From contig CAWGMQ010000006.1 of assembly GCA_963823665.1 (NCBI GenBank), positions 32,001 to 96,000 of the forward strand: a stretch of 64,000 bases of DNA, given 5' to 3'. The stretch comes from an uncultured Planctomycetota bacterium. Lineage in GTDB: Bacteria; Planctomycetota; Planctomycetia; Isosphaerales; Isosphaeraceae. The notes beneath the pieces were generated by a model that was not told the DNA's origin, made no database searches, and saw only the letters and a list, made by a program, of their open reading frames with translations. How positions within the stretch are numbered: the first letter of the stretch is position 1; every line of letters begins with the position of its first letter. The position numbers were made by a program, and so were the translations under genes. Positions 32,670 through 42,061 of the stretch are shown here, piece after piece.

Positions 32670-33683
32670 ATGCAATTCAACGGCTCGACGGCGGCCCCGG
32701 TGCGGTCCGGTGCCCGTGGGCGAACGCTGGGGTCGCGGTCGCGCACGACGCGACGATTTGCGCCGCAAGGCGTTGAGATTCTGGAGGATAGGAGATTACT
32801 GTCCTCGTTTGACCCGGGTGTGCGCGTGGCGGCGCATCCGGCATGGCAGGGGCATTCGGAGCAGCGGCGAGTGACCGGTGCGCGAGACTCGACGCGGGAA
32901 TTGAACGTTCCGTTCGCGACCGTGAACGGCGGCAGCGAACGGCTCGACGTTTACTTGCCGTCGGGTGGGCCTTCGGCCGCGGGTCGACCGGCGCTGATCG
33001 CGATTCATGGGGGCGGGTGGCGCCGGCTGGACAAGGCGGGTTATGGCGCGCGGATTGCAAGTGCATTCGTGCCAAGAGGATATGTGGTGATCGCGCCGGA
33101 CTATGAACTCTCGGCGCGGAACAAACCGACATGGCCGGTGAATCTGGAGGACGTGCAAGCGGCGGTGCGGTGGGTGCGGGAAAACGCGAGCATGTTGGGG
33201 ATCAATCCGAACGAGATCGCGGCGATTGGCGAGTCGGCGGGTGCCAATCTTGCGGCCCTGGTCGGAACAGACTCGGTCACGGGGTCGGGAGAGGCGACGA
33301 GCGCGTCGTCGGTGGAGGCTGTGGTCGCCTTTTCGACCCCGGCCGATCTGACTTCTCTCGAAGTGGAGAGCCCGCTGGCGGGCCGGGCGGTGAGGCAGTT
33401 CCTGGGTGGGACGCCCGAACAGGTGCCGGCTGCGTACACTGCGGCGTCGCCGACCGATCATGTTTCTGCGGGTGATCCGCCGATGTTTCTGGTGCAAGGG
33501 AGGCAGGATCCCTTGATCCCTTACACCCAATCGGTGGAGCTGGCGAATGCGCTCTCCGAGGCAGGCGTACGGAATCGGCTGGTGCTCGTGAATGGAGGTC
33601 ACGACCTCGACTTTCCAGGCCATTACCGGAAATTGATCCGGCAGATTCTTGAATTTCTCGACACAACCTGGAAGGATGAGTGA
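32670..33683 (+). CDS. Alpha/beta hydrolase (HSL/BD-FAE-like esterase) with LE-x-R-x-LL extracellular motif
   Basis: EILEDRRLLS; HGGGW, GESAG, DPLIP, GGH. Confidence 0.9.
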   Translation: MQFNGSTAAPVRSGARGRTLGSRSRTTRRFAPQGVEILEDRRLLSSFDPGVRVAAHPAWQGHSEQRRVTGARDSTRELNVPFATVNGGSERLDVYLPSGGPSAAGRPALIAIHGGGWRRLDKAGYGARIASAFVPRGYVVIAPDYELSARNKPTWPVNLEDVQAAVRWVRENASMLGINPNEIAAIGESAGANLAALVGTDSVTGSGEATSASSVEAVVAFSTPADLTSLEVESPLAGRAVRQFLGGTPEQVPAAYTAASPTDHVSAGDPPMFLVQGRQDPLIPYTQSVELANALSEAGVRNRLVLVNGGHDLDFPGHYRKLIRQILEFLDTTWKDE

Positions 33684-33716
33684 AACCTATCTAATTCATT
33701 CGCGATGATTTCATGA

Positions 33717-35051
33717 GTGGGATCACCAGGTCCTCTGCATGGCGGTGGTGGTGCGGAATCGTTGGTGGGAGGCGGCACTGTGACTATCGCGATTGGTGTT
33801 GATGGTGTTAGCTCAGCAATACCCGGTGCTCATGAGCTTTCGGGCGAGTGGGACCGCGTGTTGTTCACCGCCAGCGATCGGCCGAACACGGACACGCTTC
33901 CGGCCCTCCGCGATCCGGCTTCGGACCACGAAGGGGAGGAACTCACGCGACGACGCGGGGATATCGAGGAGAAACACGAGCGGATCCGCCAGTTTCTCGA
34001 CGCCACGGGGCAAGATGCGGTTGTTTTCGGACTGGCTGATTCCGTGGCGTGGTTTACCTCCGGCGGCGATCTGGCGCAGACACTGGGCTCGGACCAGAGC
34101 TCGATTCTGCTTTACATCAGCCGCACATCACGGGCGGTGGTCGCCGACAATGTGCAGAGCAGCCGAGTGTTTGAGGAGGAGCTTGCGGGGCTGGGGTTTC
34201 AGCTCAAGGAGCGGCCATGGTACGACGAGCCGCACCAGGTGCTCGCCGAGCTGTGCCACAACAAGCGGGTTGCGACCGATCTGGGGCAGTCGGGTTATTC
34301 GCACCTCCGGCGAGAGAGTGACGGCCTTTTCGACTTGCGGCGGCGACTGACGACGATCGAGCGCCAGCGGCTGCGTGAGCTGGGGCGGACGATCAGCCTG
34401 GCGGTCGAGGCGACGTGCCGGAACTTCGTTCCGGGGGAGCGTGAAGCCGACGTGGCTGGCCACCTTGCGCATCGGCTGATTCGCGAGGGCGTGGTGCCGG
34501 TTGACTTGCGGGTTGCCAGCGACGATCGTCTGAGCCGATTCCGGCAGCCGACCTTCAAGGACTCACCGATCCGGAGGCGAGCGACGATTGCGGTAACCGG
34601 GCGACGGCATGGGCTCTGTGCATCGATCACGCGCACGGTCGCATTTGGCAAGGTCGAGCCGGAGTTTCGCGAGAATCATGCGCTGGCCACGATGGTCGAC
34701 GCCACCTGCATCTTCTTTTCGCGGCCGAAGCAGGTGATTTCTGAAGTCTTCCGCCGCGCCAAGCGAATCTACGAGAAATTCGATCATCCCCACGAGTGGA
34801 CGCTGGATTACCAGGGGTGCTTGATCGGCTATTCGCCGCGTGAGGTGCTGCTGCGGCCTGATTCGTCGCTGGTGCTCGATTCGCACATGGCGCTGGCGTG
34901 GAGCCCGAGCGTCGGCTCAGCGCGCACCGAAGACACGGTGATCATCGACGCGCGGGGCTATGAAGTCGTCACCAAGATGGCCGACTGGCCGGCGATCGAG
35001 GTCGCTGTGAAGGGGTACGTCATCCCGCGGCCGGGGATTCTCGAGCGCTGA
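33717..35051 (+). CDS. M24 (Xaa-Pro aminopeptidase-like) family protein; start uncertain
   Basis: Creatinase-like N-terminal domain; PGEREAD, SITRTV, AWSPSVGSARTEDT. Confidence 0.75.
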   Translation: MGSPGPLHGGGGAESLVGGGTVTIAIGVDGVSSAIPGAHELSGEWDRVLFTASDRPNTDTLPALRDPASDHEGEELTRRRGDIEEKHERIRQFLDATGQDAVVFGLADSVAWFTSGGDLAQTLGSDQSSILLYISRTSRAVVADNVQSSRVFEEELAGLGFQLKERPWYDEPHQVLAELCHNKRVATDLGQSGYSHLRRESDGLFDLRRRLTTIERQRLRELGRTISLAVEATCRNFVPGEREADVAGHLAHRLIREGVVPVDLRVASDDRLSRFRQPTFKDSPIRRRATIAVTGRRHGLCASITRTVAFGKVEPEFRENHALATMVDATCIFFSRPKQVISEVFRRAKRIYEKFDHPHEWTLDYQGCLIGYSPREVLLRPDSSLVLDSHMALAWSPSVGSARTEDTVIIDARGYEVVTKMADWPAIEVAVKGYVIPRPGILER

Positions 35052-35158
35052 GTGGCTCGAGGAGGTCCGTTCGCGGAGCGAAGGGCGACAATGGGCCTGT
35101 GTGCAGCCCGTCGGTCGGGCGAAGGCTACGTCGTCCCGCGGCCTGGGATTCTCGGGCG
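35009..35158 (+). repeat. Diverged duplicate of the M24 gene 3' end flanking a REP copy
   Basis: 35009-35047 resembles 35121-35158; REP ttcgcggagcgaagggcga at 35070. Confidence 0.8.
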
Positions 35159-35340
35159 TCAGGATCGTCCGGTGCGGCCTCAATCGCGCTCGAGACAAAC
35201 TGCGTCATTCACGCGATGATTCGCCCTCGCGCGTGAGCGTACGTTGCACCTGCGTCTGAATGAACTTTCCTCTTGACGCGAACGAAGTACAATGAGAGGG
35301 AGGATCGGGGGATCATCCCGGGGGAAAGGAAACAGGATTC

Positions 35341-36156
35341 ATGAGGCTTTCGTGGAAGATGGGGCGGGTTGCGGGGATCGATCTGTATTTGCACGCGACT
35401 TTTCTCCTGGTTTTCTGGTTCTTGCGGAACATACGTGGTGGGCCGGTTGAGTCGATCCTCTTCACCTGCTCGGTGTTCGGGTGCGTGCTCTTGCATGAGT
35501 TGGGGCACGCGCTTGCCGCGCGGCAGTTCGGCATCCGCACGATTGACATCACGCTCTACCCTATTGGTGGCGTGGCGCGGCTGGAGCGCATGCCGCGCGC
35601 GCCGGGTGCGGAGCTACTGATCGCGCTGGCCGGGCCAGCGGTCAATTTCGCCATCGCGGCCGCGATCACCAGCGTCTTCTTTCTGGGTGCCGCCGGATTC
35701 GGTCTGACGTCGAGCTTCAGCTCGTTTCTGGGCGAGCTGCTGCTGGTGAACCTCGGGCTCGGGTTGTTCAATCTCATTCCCGCGTTTCCCATGGATGGCG
35801 GGCGGGTGCTGCGAGCGGGGTTGAGCACCATGCTTGGTCGAGCCCAGGCAACGCACGTGGCGTCGATCGTGGGGCAGGTACTGGCAGTTCTGTTTGCGTT
35901 CGCGGCCCTGCGCTGGACGGGTGAGCCGATCCATCTGGCGCTCGCAGCATTCATCTTTTTCGCGGCGCGGAACGAGGAAGCCCATGTCCGTTATGAAGAG
36001 CGGCGCCGCGCGACTGTGAAGGCGAACGCCCAGGGCATGTGGGTGGCACCTCCGGGATACCACTGGGTCGATCGCGGCAACGGACTCTGGCAGCTTGCGC
36101 CCATCGGCGTGAGATATCCCGATCCAGCGGCGCAGGACGCTTCAGCATGGCGCTGA
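35341..36156 (+). CDS. Site-2 protease (M50) family metalloprotease
   Basis: HELGH, IALAGPAVN, NLIPAFPMDGGR. Confidence 0.95.
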   Translation: MRLSWKMGRVAGIDLYLHATFLLVFWFLRNIRGGPVESILFTCSVFGCVLLHELGHALAARQFGIRTIDITLYPIGGVARLERMPRAPGAELLIALAGPAVNFAIAAAITSVFFLGAAGFGLTSSFSSFLGELLLVNLGLGLFNLIPAFPMDGGRVLRAGLSTMLGRAQATHVASIVGQVLAVLFAFAALRWTGEPIHLALAAFIFFAARNEEAHVRYEERRRATVKANAQGMWVAPPGYHWVDRGNGLWQLAPIGVRYPDPAAQDASAWR

Positions 36157-36371
36157 TTCGCATCGTCGAGCTGTCCGTGAGCGAGGCCTACGACATTCTC
36201 ACCGGTCATTTTGGTGTCCTTGACCTGCCGCCGCTGGATGCGATCGAGAACGAGGACTGGGGGCGGGATTATCTGCTTTCGCGGTTTTACGAGCTGCCGG
36301 CGGATGAGCTGGCGAAAGCCGGGCTGGTGGCCGATGCGGGCGGGGACGAGCAAGTCGGCTCAACCCTTTGA
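36147..36371 (+). CDS. Small acidic hypothetical protein
   Basis: MALIRIVELSVSEAYDIL..., overlapping the end of the S2P gene. Confidence 0.6.
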   Translation: MALIRIVELSVSEAYDILTGHFGVLDLPPLDAIENEDWGRDYLLSRFYELPADELAKAGLVADAGGDEQVGSTL

Positions 36372-36465
36372 AAAAGCCCAGAAGGGCTCCCGTCACGGCG
36401 TCGAAGACCTTGACGTTCTTGCCTGCGCCGCGATTCGTTCGGGCAATCGGATCGAGGCGGCGACC

Positions 36466-37686
36466 TCAGGGACTCTGCGCTGATTGGAGCCGCGCGGCGG
36501 TGAAGCTGACGAGATCGCCGGTTTCGCGAGCGACCTGGGCGAGGCGATCGCTTTGGCCGGCCTTCTGGCAAAGCTCGTTGAGCGAAGGGCAGGCCAGCGA
36601 AGATTCGGGGATGCCGGCGAGGTGGGCGGCGGCGACGTCGATTGCTTCGTCGAGCTTGCCGCATTCGAGCAGCAGCTTGACCAGGACCTGGGCCGCCGGC
36701 ACGGGGTCTCCCTCTTCGTTGCGCTGGATCTCCTCACCCAGCTTTCGCCGGAAATGCGCAATGGCGATGTCGGGTTCGCGGCCGATCAGTGCGTTCAAAT
36801 ACACACCGTGGTCGTCGAAGATCTTGTCGAAGGGGGGCGAGCCGTCGAAGACCAACCGCGGAGAGAGGCATCGTCCGTAGGCGGTGAGGTCGACCGCCGT
36901 TGCGATCGCCTCGCGGTCCCGTGCGAGCAAGGACATCCGCACGATGGACGCCAGGTGCGAGATGTCGATGTGGTAGGCTTCGTCGGTGAAGAGCCAGGGG
37001 CGGCCGGCGATCAGTCCGGCGATCGTGGTCCCCTCGGGCGGAAGGACCTGACCGCGGCGGGTGATCTCGGCGCGCAGATTCGCGGTGAGCTCACTGTGAA
37101 GATGACGAATGAGCCGCTCGGCGCACGCAGCGCGAACGGCGTCGCCTTGAGGCGGAAGCTGCTCGAAGGCCGAGATCGCCGGGCACGTGCCGTAGTTCTC
37201 GAGAATCAGCTCGAAACCCCTGCGCGGATTGACTCCATGGTTCAAGGCCACCTCGATCACGGCCCCCAACCGTTCATCGTTTTCGGCAGGCTGATAGGCG
37301 TTGATCGCTGCGGCGACAGGTTCGGTCTCGGCGATGGCACGATAGTAGGCCGACGCGGTGGGAATGTCGCCCTTTTCGAGGTATCGGGAGCCGACCAGGC
37401 GGATGGCCGCGATGTATTTGTCTTCGTACTGCGTGCGAGCGGGATCCGGTAGGTCGGCCAGCTTGCCGACCGACAGGATCGGCAGGCCTAGCTCGTGGCG
37501 AGCCTTGAGCAGGAGCGCATCGAGCAAAGCGCGGTACTCGCCGGATGAATCGAGGTGGTCGATCAAGCCGTCGATTGCGGCGGCTGGGCCGCTCGAGCGA
37601 AGGGTTTCGTCGAGCTGATCGAAGGGAGAATGATCGGCGGTGGCGGCAGTCTGTAGGGGCGCAGTGCTCGTGGATGGATCGGTCAT
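36466..37686 (-). CDS. Conserved hypothetical alpha-helical protein
   Basis: Long ORF with native codon bias; YGTCPAIS and YHIDISHL motifs; start MTDPST inferred. Confidence 0.8.
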   Translation of the reverse strand: MTDPSTSTAPLQTAATADHSPFDQLDETLRSSGPAAAIDGLIDHLDSSGEYRALLDALLLKARHELGLPILSVGKLADLPDPARTQYEDKYIAAIRLVGSRYLEKGDIPTASAYYRAIAETEPVAAAINAYQPAENDERLGAVIEVALNHGVNPRRGFELILENYGTCPAISAFEQLPPQGDAVRAACAERLIRHLHSELTANLRAEITRRGQVLPPEGTTIAGLIAGRPWLFTDEAYHIDISHLASIVRMSLLARDREAIATAVDLTAYGRCLSPRLVFDGSPPFDKIFDDHGVYLNALIGREPDIAIAHFRRKLGEEIQRNEEGDPVPAAQVLVKLLLECGKLDEAIDVAAAHLAGIPESSLACPSLNELCQKAGQSDRLAQVARETGDLVSFTAARLQSAQSP

Positions 37687-37974
37687 GGCGGGTCTTGTTC
37701 CTCGAATGGTCGGCCGGTCCCCGTCTCGTTGCAGCGATACGTTTACCGCATTGTAGAGCGAGTGGTGCGATCGGCACAGTGTGGGCGACGAAATTGGGGG
37801 CGTGAGACTGCCGGTTGGGTGCGACAGCTTGTAGAATGAGTGAGTAGCGGCCGGGTCAGTGTCATGCATCCGGAACTCGCAGCGGGCGGCACACGGAGTG
37901 TGCCTGCTACAACAGAGCGCTCGCAGAGCCAGCGCCAACCCACGGAAAGCGCGATTTCGACTGTGCCTCAAGAA

Positions 37975-39096
37975 ATGTGCGAGAGCCCCCTGCCCTCGGC
38001 TGCCGAATCGATCTCGCCGCGCGACGAGTCACTGTTCCTCAAGGCCTGCCGGCGGCAGCCCACCGCGGTGACGCCGGTCTGGCTGATGAGGCAAGCCGGG
38101 CGGTACATGGCGGAGTACCGGGCGATCCGCGCGAAAGTGCCGTTTCTCGAGCTTTGCAAACAGCCCGAGCTGGCGGCGGAAGTGACTGTCACGGCGGCCG
38201 AAGTGCTGGGCGTCGACGCCGCGATTCTGTTCGCCGACATCCTTCTGATCCTCGAGCCGCTAGGGTTTCAGCTCGAATTCGCCAAGGGTGAGGGGCCGAT
38301 CATTCACAATCCCGTACGAGCGGGAGCGGACGTCGAGCGGGTGCGGGCGCTCGAACAAATCGCACCCCTCGAGTTCGTGACCGACGCGATCAAGCTCATC
38401 CGGAGAGCGCTGCCATCGCACATCCCATTGATCGGATTCGCGGGAGCGCCGTTCACTTTGGCGTGCTATGCGATCGAAGGGGGTGGTTCGCGTCATTACG
38501 AGCAAGCGAAGGCGTTCATGTATCGCGACCCGGGGAGCTGGCACGCGCTCCTGGAGCGCTTGGTTTCGGCGACGGCGTTGTACTTGAACGCGCAGGCTGC
38601 CGCCGGCGCGGAGGCGCTCCAGATCTTCGATAGCTGGGTGGGCACGCTCGGCCCGCATGACTATGCGCGGTTTGTGGAGCCGCACATGGCGGCGCTCTTT
38701 GCAAAGCTCGACCAGGATGTGCCGGTCATCCACTTCGGCACGGGCACGGCGACCTTGCTCGAGCGGCAGCGTGATGCAGGTGGTGACGTGATCGGGCTCG
38801 ACTGGCGGGTCGAGCTTGACGAAGCCTGGCGGCGACTGGGCGCGGGGGTGGCCGTGCAGGGGAATCTTGATCCGGTGGTGCTCCTGAGCTCGCGTCAGGA
38901 AATCGAATATCAGACCCGTCGCATTCTGGGGCAGGCGGCCGGGCGGCCCGGGCACATTTTCAACCTGGGGCATGGGATCTTGCAGGAGACGCCGGTTGAG
39001 AATGTGAAGTATCTGGTCGAATTGGTGCACGAGATTTCTCACCAGCGCTCACGCACAATGAGCGCGCATCGCGAGGCTGATACCTCCCGCGCTTGA
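37975..39096 (+). CDS. hemE: Uroporphyrinogen decarboxylase
   Basis: PVWLMRQAGRYM, DAAILFADIL, GFAGAPFTL, QGNLDP, FNLGHG. Confidence 0.97.
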   Translation: MCESPLPSAAESISPRDESLFLKACRRQPTAVTPVWLMRQAGRYMAEYRAIRAKVPFLELCKQPELAAEVTVTAAEVLGVDAAILFADILLILEPLGFQLEFAKGEGPIIHNPVRAGADVERVRALEQIAPLEFVTDAIKLIRRALPSHIPLIGFAGAPFTLACYAIEGGGSRHYEQAKAFMYRDPGSWHALLERLVSATALYLNAQAAAGAEALQIFDSWVGTLGPHDYARFVEPHMAALFAKLDQDVPVIHFGTGTATLLERQRDAGGDVIGLDWRVELDEAWRRLGAGVAVQGNLDPVVLLSSRQEIEYQTRRILGQAAGRPGHIFNLGHGILQETPVENVKYLVELVHEISHQRSRTMSAHREADTSRA

Positions 39097-39156
39097 ACAG
39101 CAACGCGCGAACCCGGCCCCGCAGCAGTGCGAATCCGCACGAAAAAACTCTTTGGG

Positions 39157-39306
39157 CCTGCGTCATCCGTCACTTGCGTCATCCCCTTGCAGCGTCTTGA
39201 CTTAACCGATGACGCAGGAATAATCGGACCCTCGGGAAAATCGCGGTAACTCTCTGTTGCAAATTGAGTTATGCGATGACGCAGAGGTGACGCAGCGGTG
39301 ACGGAT
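39157..39306. repeat. Nested inverted and direct TGACG(C/G) repeats around a TAACTC-N13-GAGTTA dyad
   Basis: cctgcgtcatc / gatgacgcagg; atccgtcac / gtgacggat; TGACG at 39277, 39288, 39299. Confidence 0.65.
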
Positions 39307-40366
39307 CCCAGCGGTACGATCTCCAGCCGCTCGATTCGGCTCGGGTTCGTTCGCTTAAGCCCCAAAGGGGCGACATCGTACGGCCTGGGGGCGTGAGCCC
39401 TAGGCCGCCAGCAAACGCTCGCCATGTTTCAAGCCCCAAAGGGCCGAAATCATAAGTAGAAGTGAATGGGGCAAAATGGGACGAAATGGGACTCCTGACC
39501 CCAAAAACAGTCTCATTCTGATTGCGGTTTACAACCGCGCGTCACGGCTGGTCATCACACCCTGAAGCAGCAAGGAAATCCCCAGGAATAAGCCAAAAAA
39601 CGCCATCAGAGTCGGGCGAGGATCCCTCGGCCCGCGGGGTGGAAATTCACCCTCCCCGCGGGCCAAGGTAGTCCCACGCTGGGCGCGGCGAAAAACTCGA
39701 GAGATTTTCGTCAAGCGCAATTCCCCCATTCCAGGGGCTCCTGCTCGTCCTCTTGATCTTAATCCTGATACTAATCTTAATCCTGCTCCCACCTTCACTC
39801 CCCACCCTCACCGACGATTTCGTTTTGTAGATTCGTCGCGCGTCCTTACCCCACAAGGATTACGGGAACTGAACAGCATTCGACCACCCGCGGATCTCAC
39901 CCAGTCCAAGTTCGCGCCGCTTGCTCGGAAACAGGGCCACCACCCAAGCGTGATCGACCGAGAAGTCCCATTCGGCGATAGTATCCCAGGTGCGACTCGT
40001 GTTGTTAACGAAGGAATGCTGCCTTGTTTCAGGAAAGGATGGACATCGACGAGGAGGTAGGAAAGGAAAAGAGAGGAAGCCGCGCATTGCGCCGGCATCG
40101 CGCGTTCGCTCACTCTCCCTTATGTATTAATATGCGACGAGTTTGCCCGCTCGGCAACAAAAGCCTCCAAAAAAAGTGCAATCACTCAACCGACACGCCT
40201 GCAACGCCAAGAGTAACGGCTTTGCGCGATTTCTTTGTTACTCGTAAACACGCGGTCGTTCGATGGATCGTGGAGGGCGTGACTGTAAGACAAGAAGATC
40301 ACTTCAGTGAACCTGAATCAGCTCAGCAATGCGGCATGGTATCGACTCAATGTCGCCCTTCGCTCC

Positions 40367-42018
40367 GAGGCTGTGATTTTTTCGGCGTTGGGGTTGATTT
40401 TGTATAGTGTTCACGTTCTAATACCATGCATGTAGTCCGCCGCATGAGCCCCACGCAGCCCCGGTGTTGCAGGACGAGCGTCATGACACTTCCTCTCTTT
40501 AGCCCAGAAGACTTGCCCGATCAGCCCTCTCCCGCCCAGGCTGCCCAGTCGATGCCAACTGGCAAGCCGCGGCTGCGGTGTCCCGTACGCGACCAGATCG
40601 AGATGCGCTGGGCATCGCTCGATGAATTGCTCGAGGCCGACCATCCGGCCCGGGTCGTCTGGGCGGCGGTCTGCAAGCTCGATCTGAAAGCCTGGCTCGG
40701 CGAGATCAAGGCCGTCGAGCGACATGTCGGCCGAGATGCCACCGACCCGCGCTTGCTGGTCGGATTGCGGGTTTTCGCCACATTGAAGGGAGTCGGCAGC
40801 GCCCGTGAAATCGAACGGCTGTGCGAAAAGAACCAAGGGAGTCTGCCGTACCAGTGGCTGTGCGGCGGCGTAACCGTCAACCACAGCATGTTGTCCCACT
40901 TCCTCGCTTGTGGGGGCGAGAAGTTGAACGAACTGCTCACGCAGATCGTGGGCACCCTGCTCCATGCGGGGTTGGTGAAAATGGACCGGGTCGCTCAGGA
41001 CGGAATGAGAGTGCGTGCCAGCGCGGGCAAGAGCTCGTTTCGTCGTCGCGGTAGCCTGGAGGAGTGCCTGAAAGCGGCGAAGGAGCAGGTTGAGGCGCTG
41101 AAGAAACTGGCCGAGGAGGACACAGCAGAGCTGACTCGACGGCAGCGAGCGGCGCGGGAGCGTGCCGCCAACAAGCGACAGCAACGGATCGAAGAAGCGA
41201 TGCGGCAGTGCGAGGAGCTGCAACGCGAACGTGACGAGTCCTACGGCCGCAAGGGGCGGGAAGCGCGTGCTTCGACCACCGACCCCGACGCGAGGATCAT
41301 GAAGTTTCCAGACGGAGGATTCCGGCCGGGATATAACGTTCAATTCACAACAGACACCGAAAGCGGTGTGATTGTGGGTGTGGAGGTGACCAACGCAGGG
41401 AACGATGGCGAAGAACTTCCGCCCATGCTCGACCAGTTGGAGGAGCGTTACGAACGAATTCCGGATGAGGCATTGGTTGACGGTGGCTTCACGACCAAGG
41501 ACTCGATCGATCAGGCGGCCCAACGCGGCTGCATCGTATACGGGCCGATCAGAGACGAGAAAAAGAAACAGGCAAATGGAGAAGATCCCTACACCGCAAA
41601 GAAGGGCGACAGCGAAGCGGTTGCCGCTTGGCGGATCCGAATGGGGACCGAGGCCGCGAAGCTGATCTACCGGCTGCGAGGCCAAACAGCCGAGTGGGTC
41701 AACGCCCAGGCTCGCAATCGAGGATTCTGGTTTATGCCCGTGCGTGGCCAACCGCGTTGCCGCGCCGTCGCATTGTTGTTTGCAATTGCTCACAACCTGG
41801 TTGTCGCAGGGAGACTGTGCCCAGCGATGGGCAAACTGGCGGAATGAGCGGTACTTTGCAAAAAAGGGACAAAATAGGAAAGCGCGTTTGCGTCAACGGC
41901 TGGGCTATTGGAGAACTGGCGTGAATCGGCGGCACTAACCGAGCGACCAAGCGGTGAATCACAGCCGACTAGGCCCAACGGCCGAGTTACCGCAACGCGG
42001 CCAAAAGATGACAGCCTC
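40367..42018 (+). mobile_element. IS1182-family element, copy 2 (1652 bp), inverted relative to copy 1 and inserted in a REP loop
   Basis: Same IRs; flanks tcgcccttcgcTCC | TCCgcgaaggg; only a few substitutions versus copy 1. Confidence 0.9.
40483..41847 (+). CDS. IS1182-family transposase
   Basis: Near-identical to 20567..21931 (C-terminus RLCPAMG vs RLRRAMG). Confidence 0.9.
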   Translation: MTLPLFSPEDLPDQPSPAQAAQSMPTGKPRLRCPVRDQIEMRWASLDELLEADHPARVVWAAVCKLDLKAWLGEIKAVERHVGRDATDPRLLVGLRVFATLKGVGSAREIERLCEKNQGSLPYQWLCGGVTVNHSMLSHFLACGGEKLNELLTQIVGTLLHAGLVKMDRVAQDGMRVRASAGKSSFRRRGSLEECLKAAKEQVEALKKLAEEDTAELTRRQRAARERAANKRQQRIEEAMRQCEELQRERDESYGRKGREARASTTDPDARIMKFPDGGFRPGYNVQFTTDTESGVIVGVEVTNAGNDGEELPPMLDQLEERYERIPDEALVDGGFTTKDSIDQAAQRGCIVYGPIRDEKKKQANGEDPYTAKKGDSEAVAAWRIRMGTEAAKLIYRLRGQTAEWVNAQARNRGFWFMPVRGQPRCRAVALLFAIAHNLVVAGRLCPAMGKLAE

Positions 42019-42061
42019 TCCGCGAAGGGTTTTCTGTCCAATGGTCCGTGCCGCGTGTGCG

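Noticed and set aside
39520..40350. Protein or RNA gene in the gap before IS copy 2
   Set aside because: Only short ORFs without coding bias; no tRNA or known ncRNA pattern recognised by eye
20396..42018. Composite transposon bounded by the two IS1182 copies
   Set aside because: Each copy has its own target duplication and its own matching REP halves; the cargo includes core genes such as hemE
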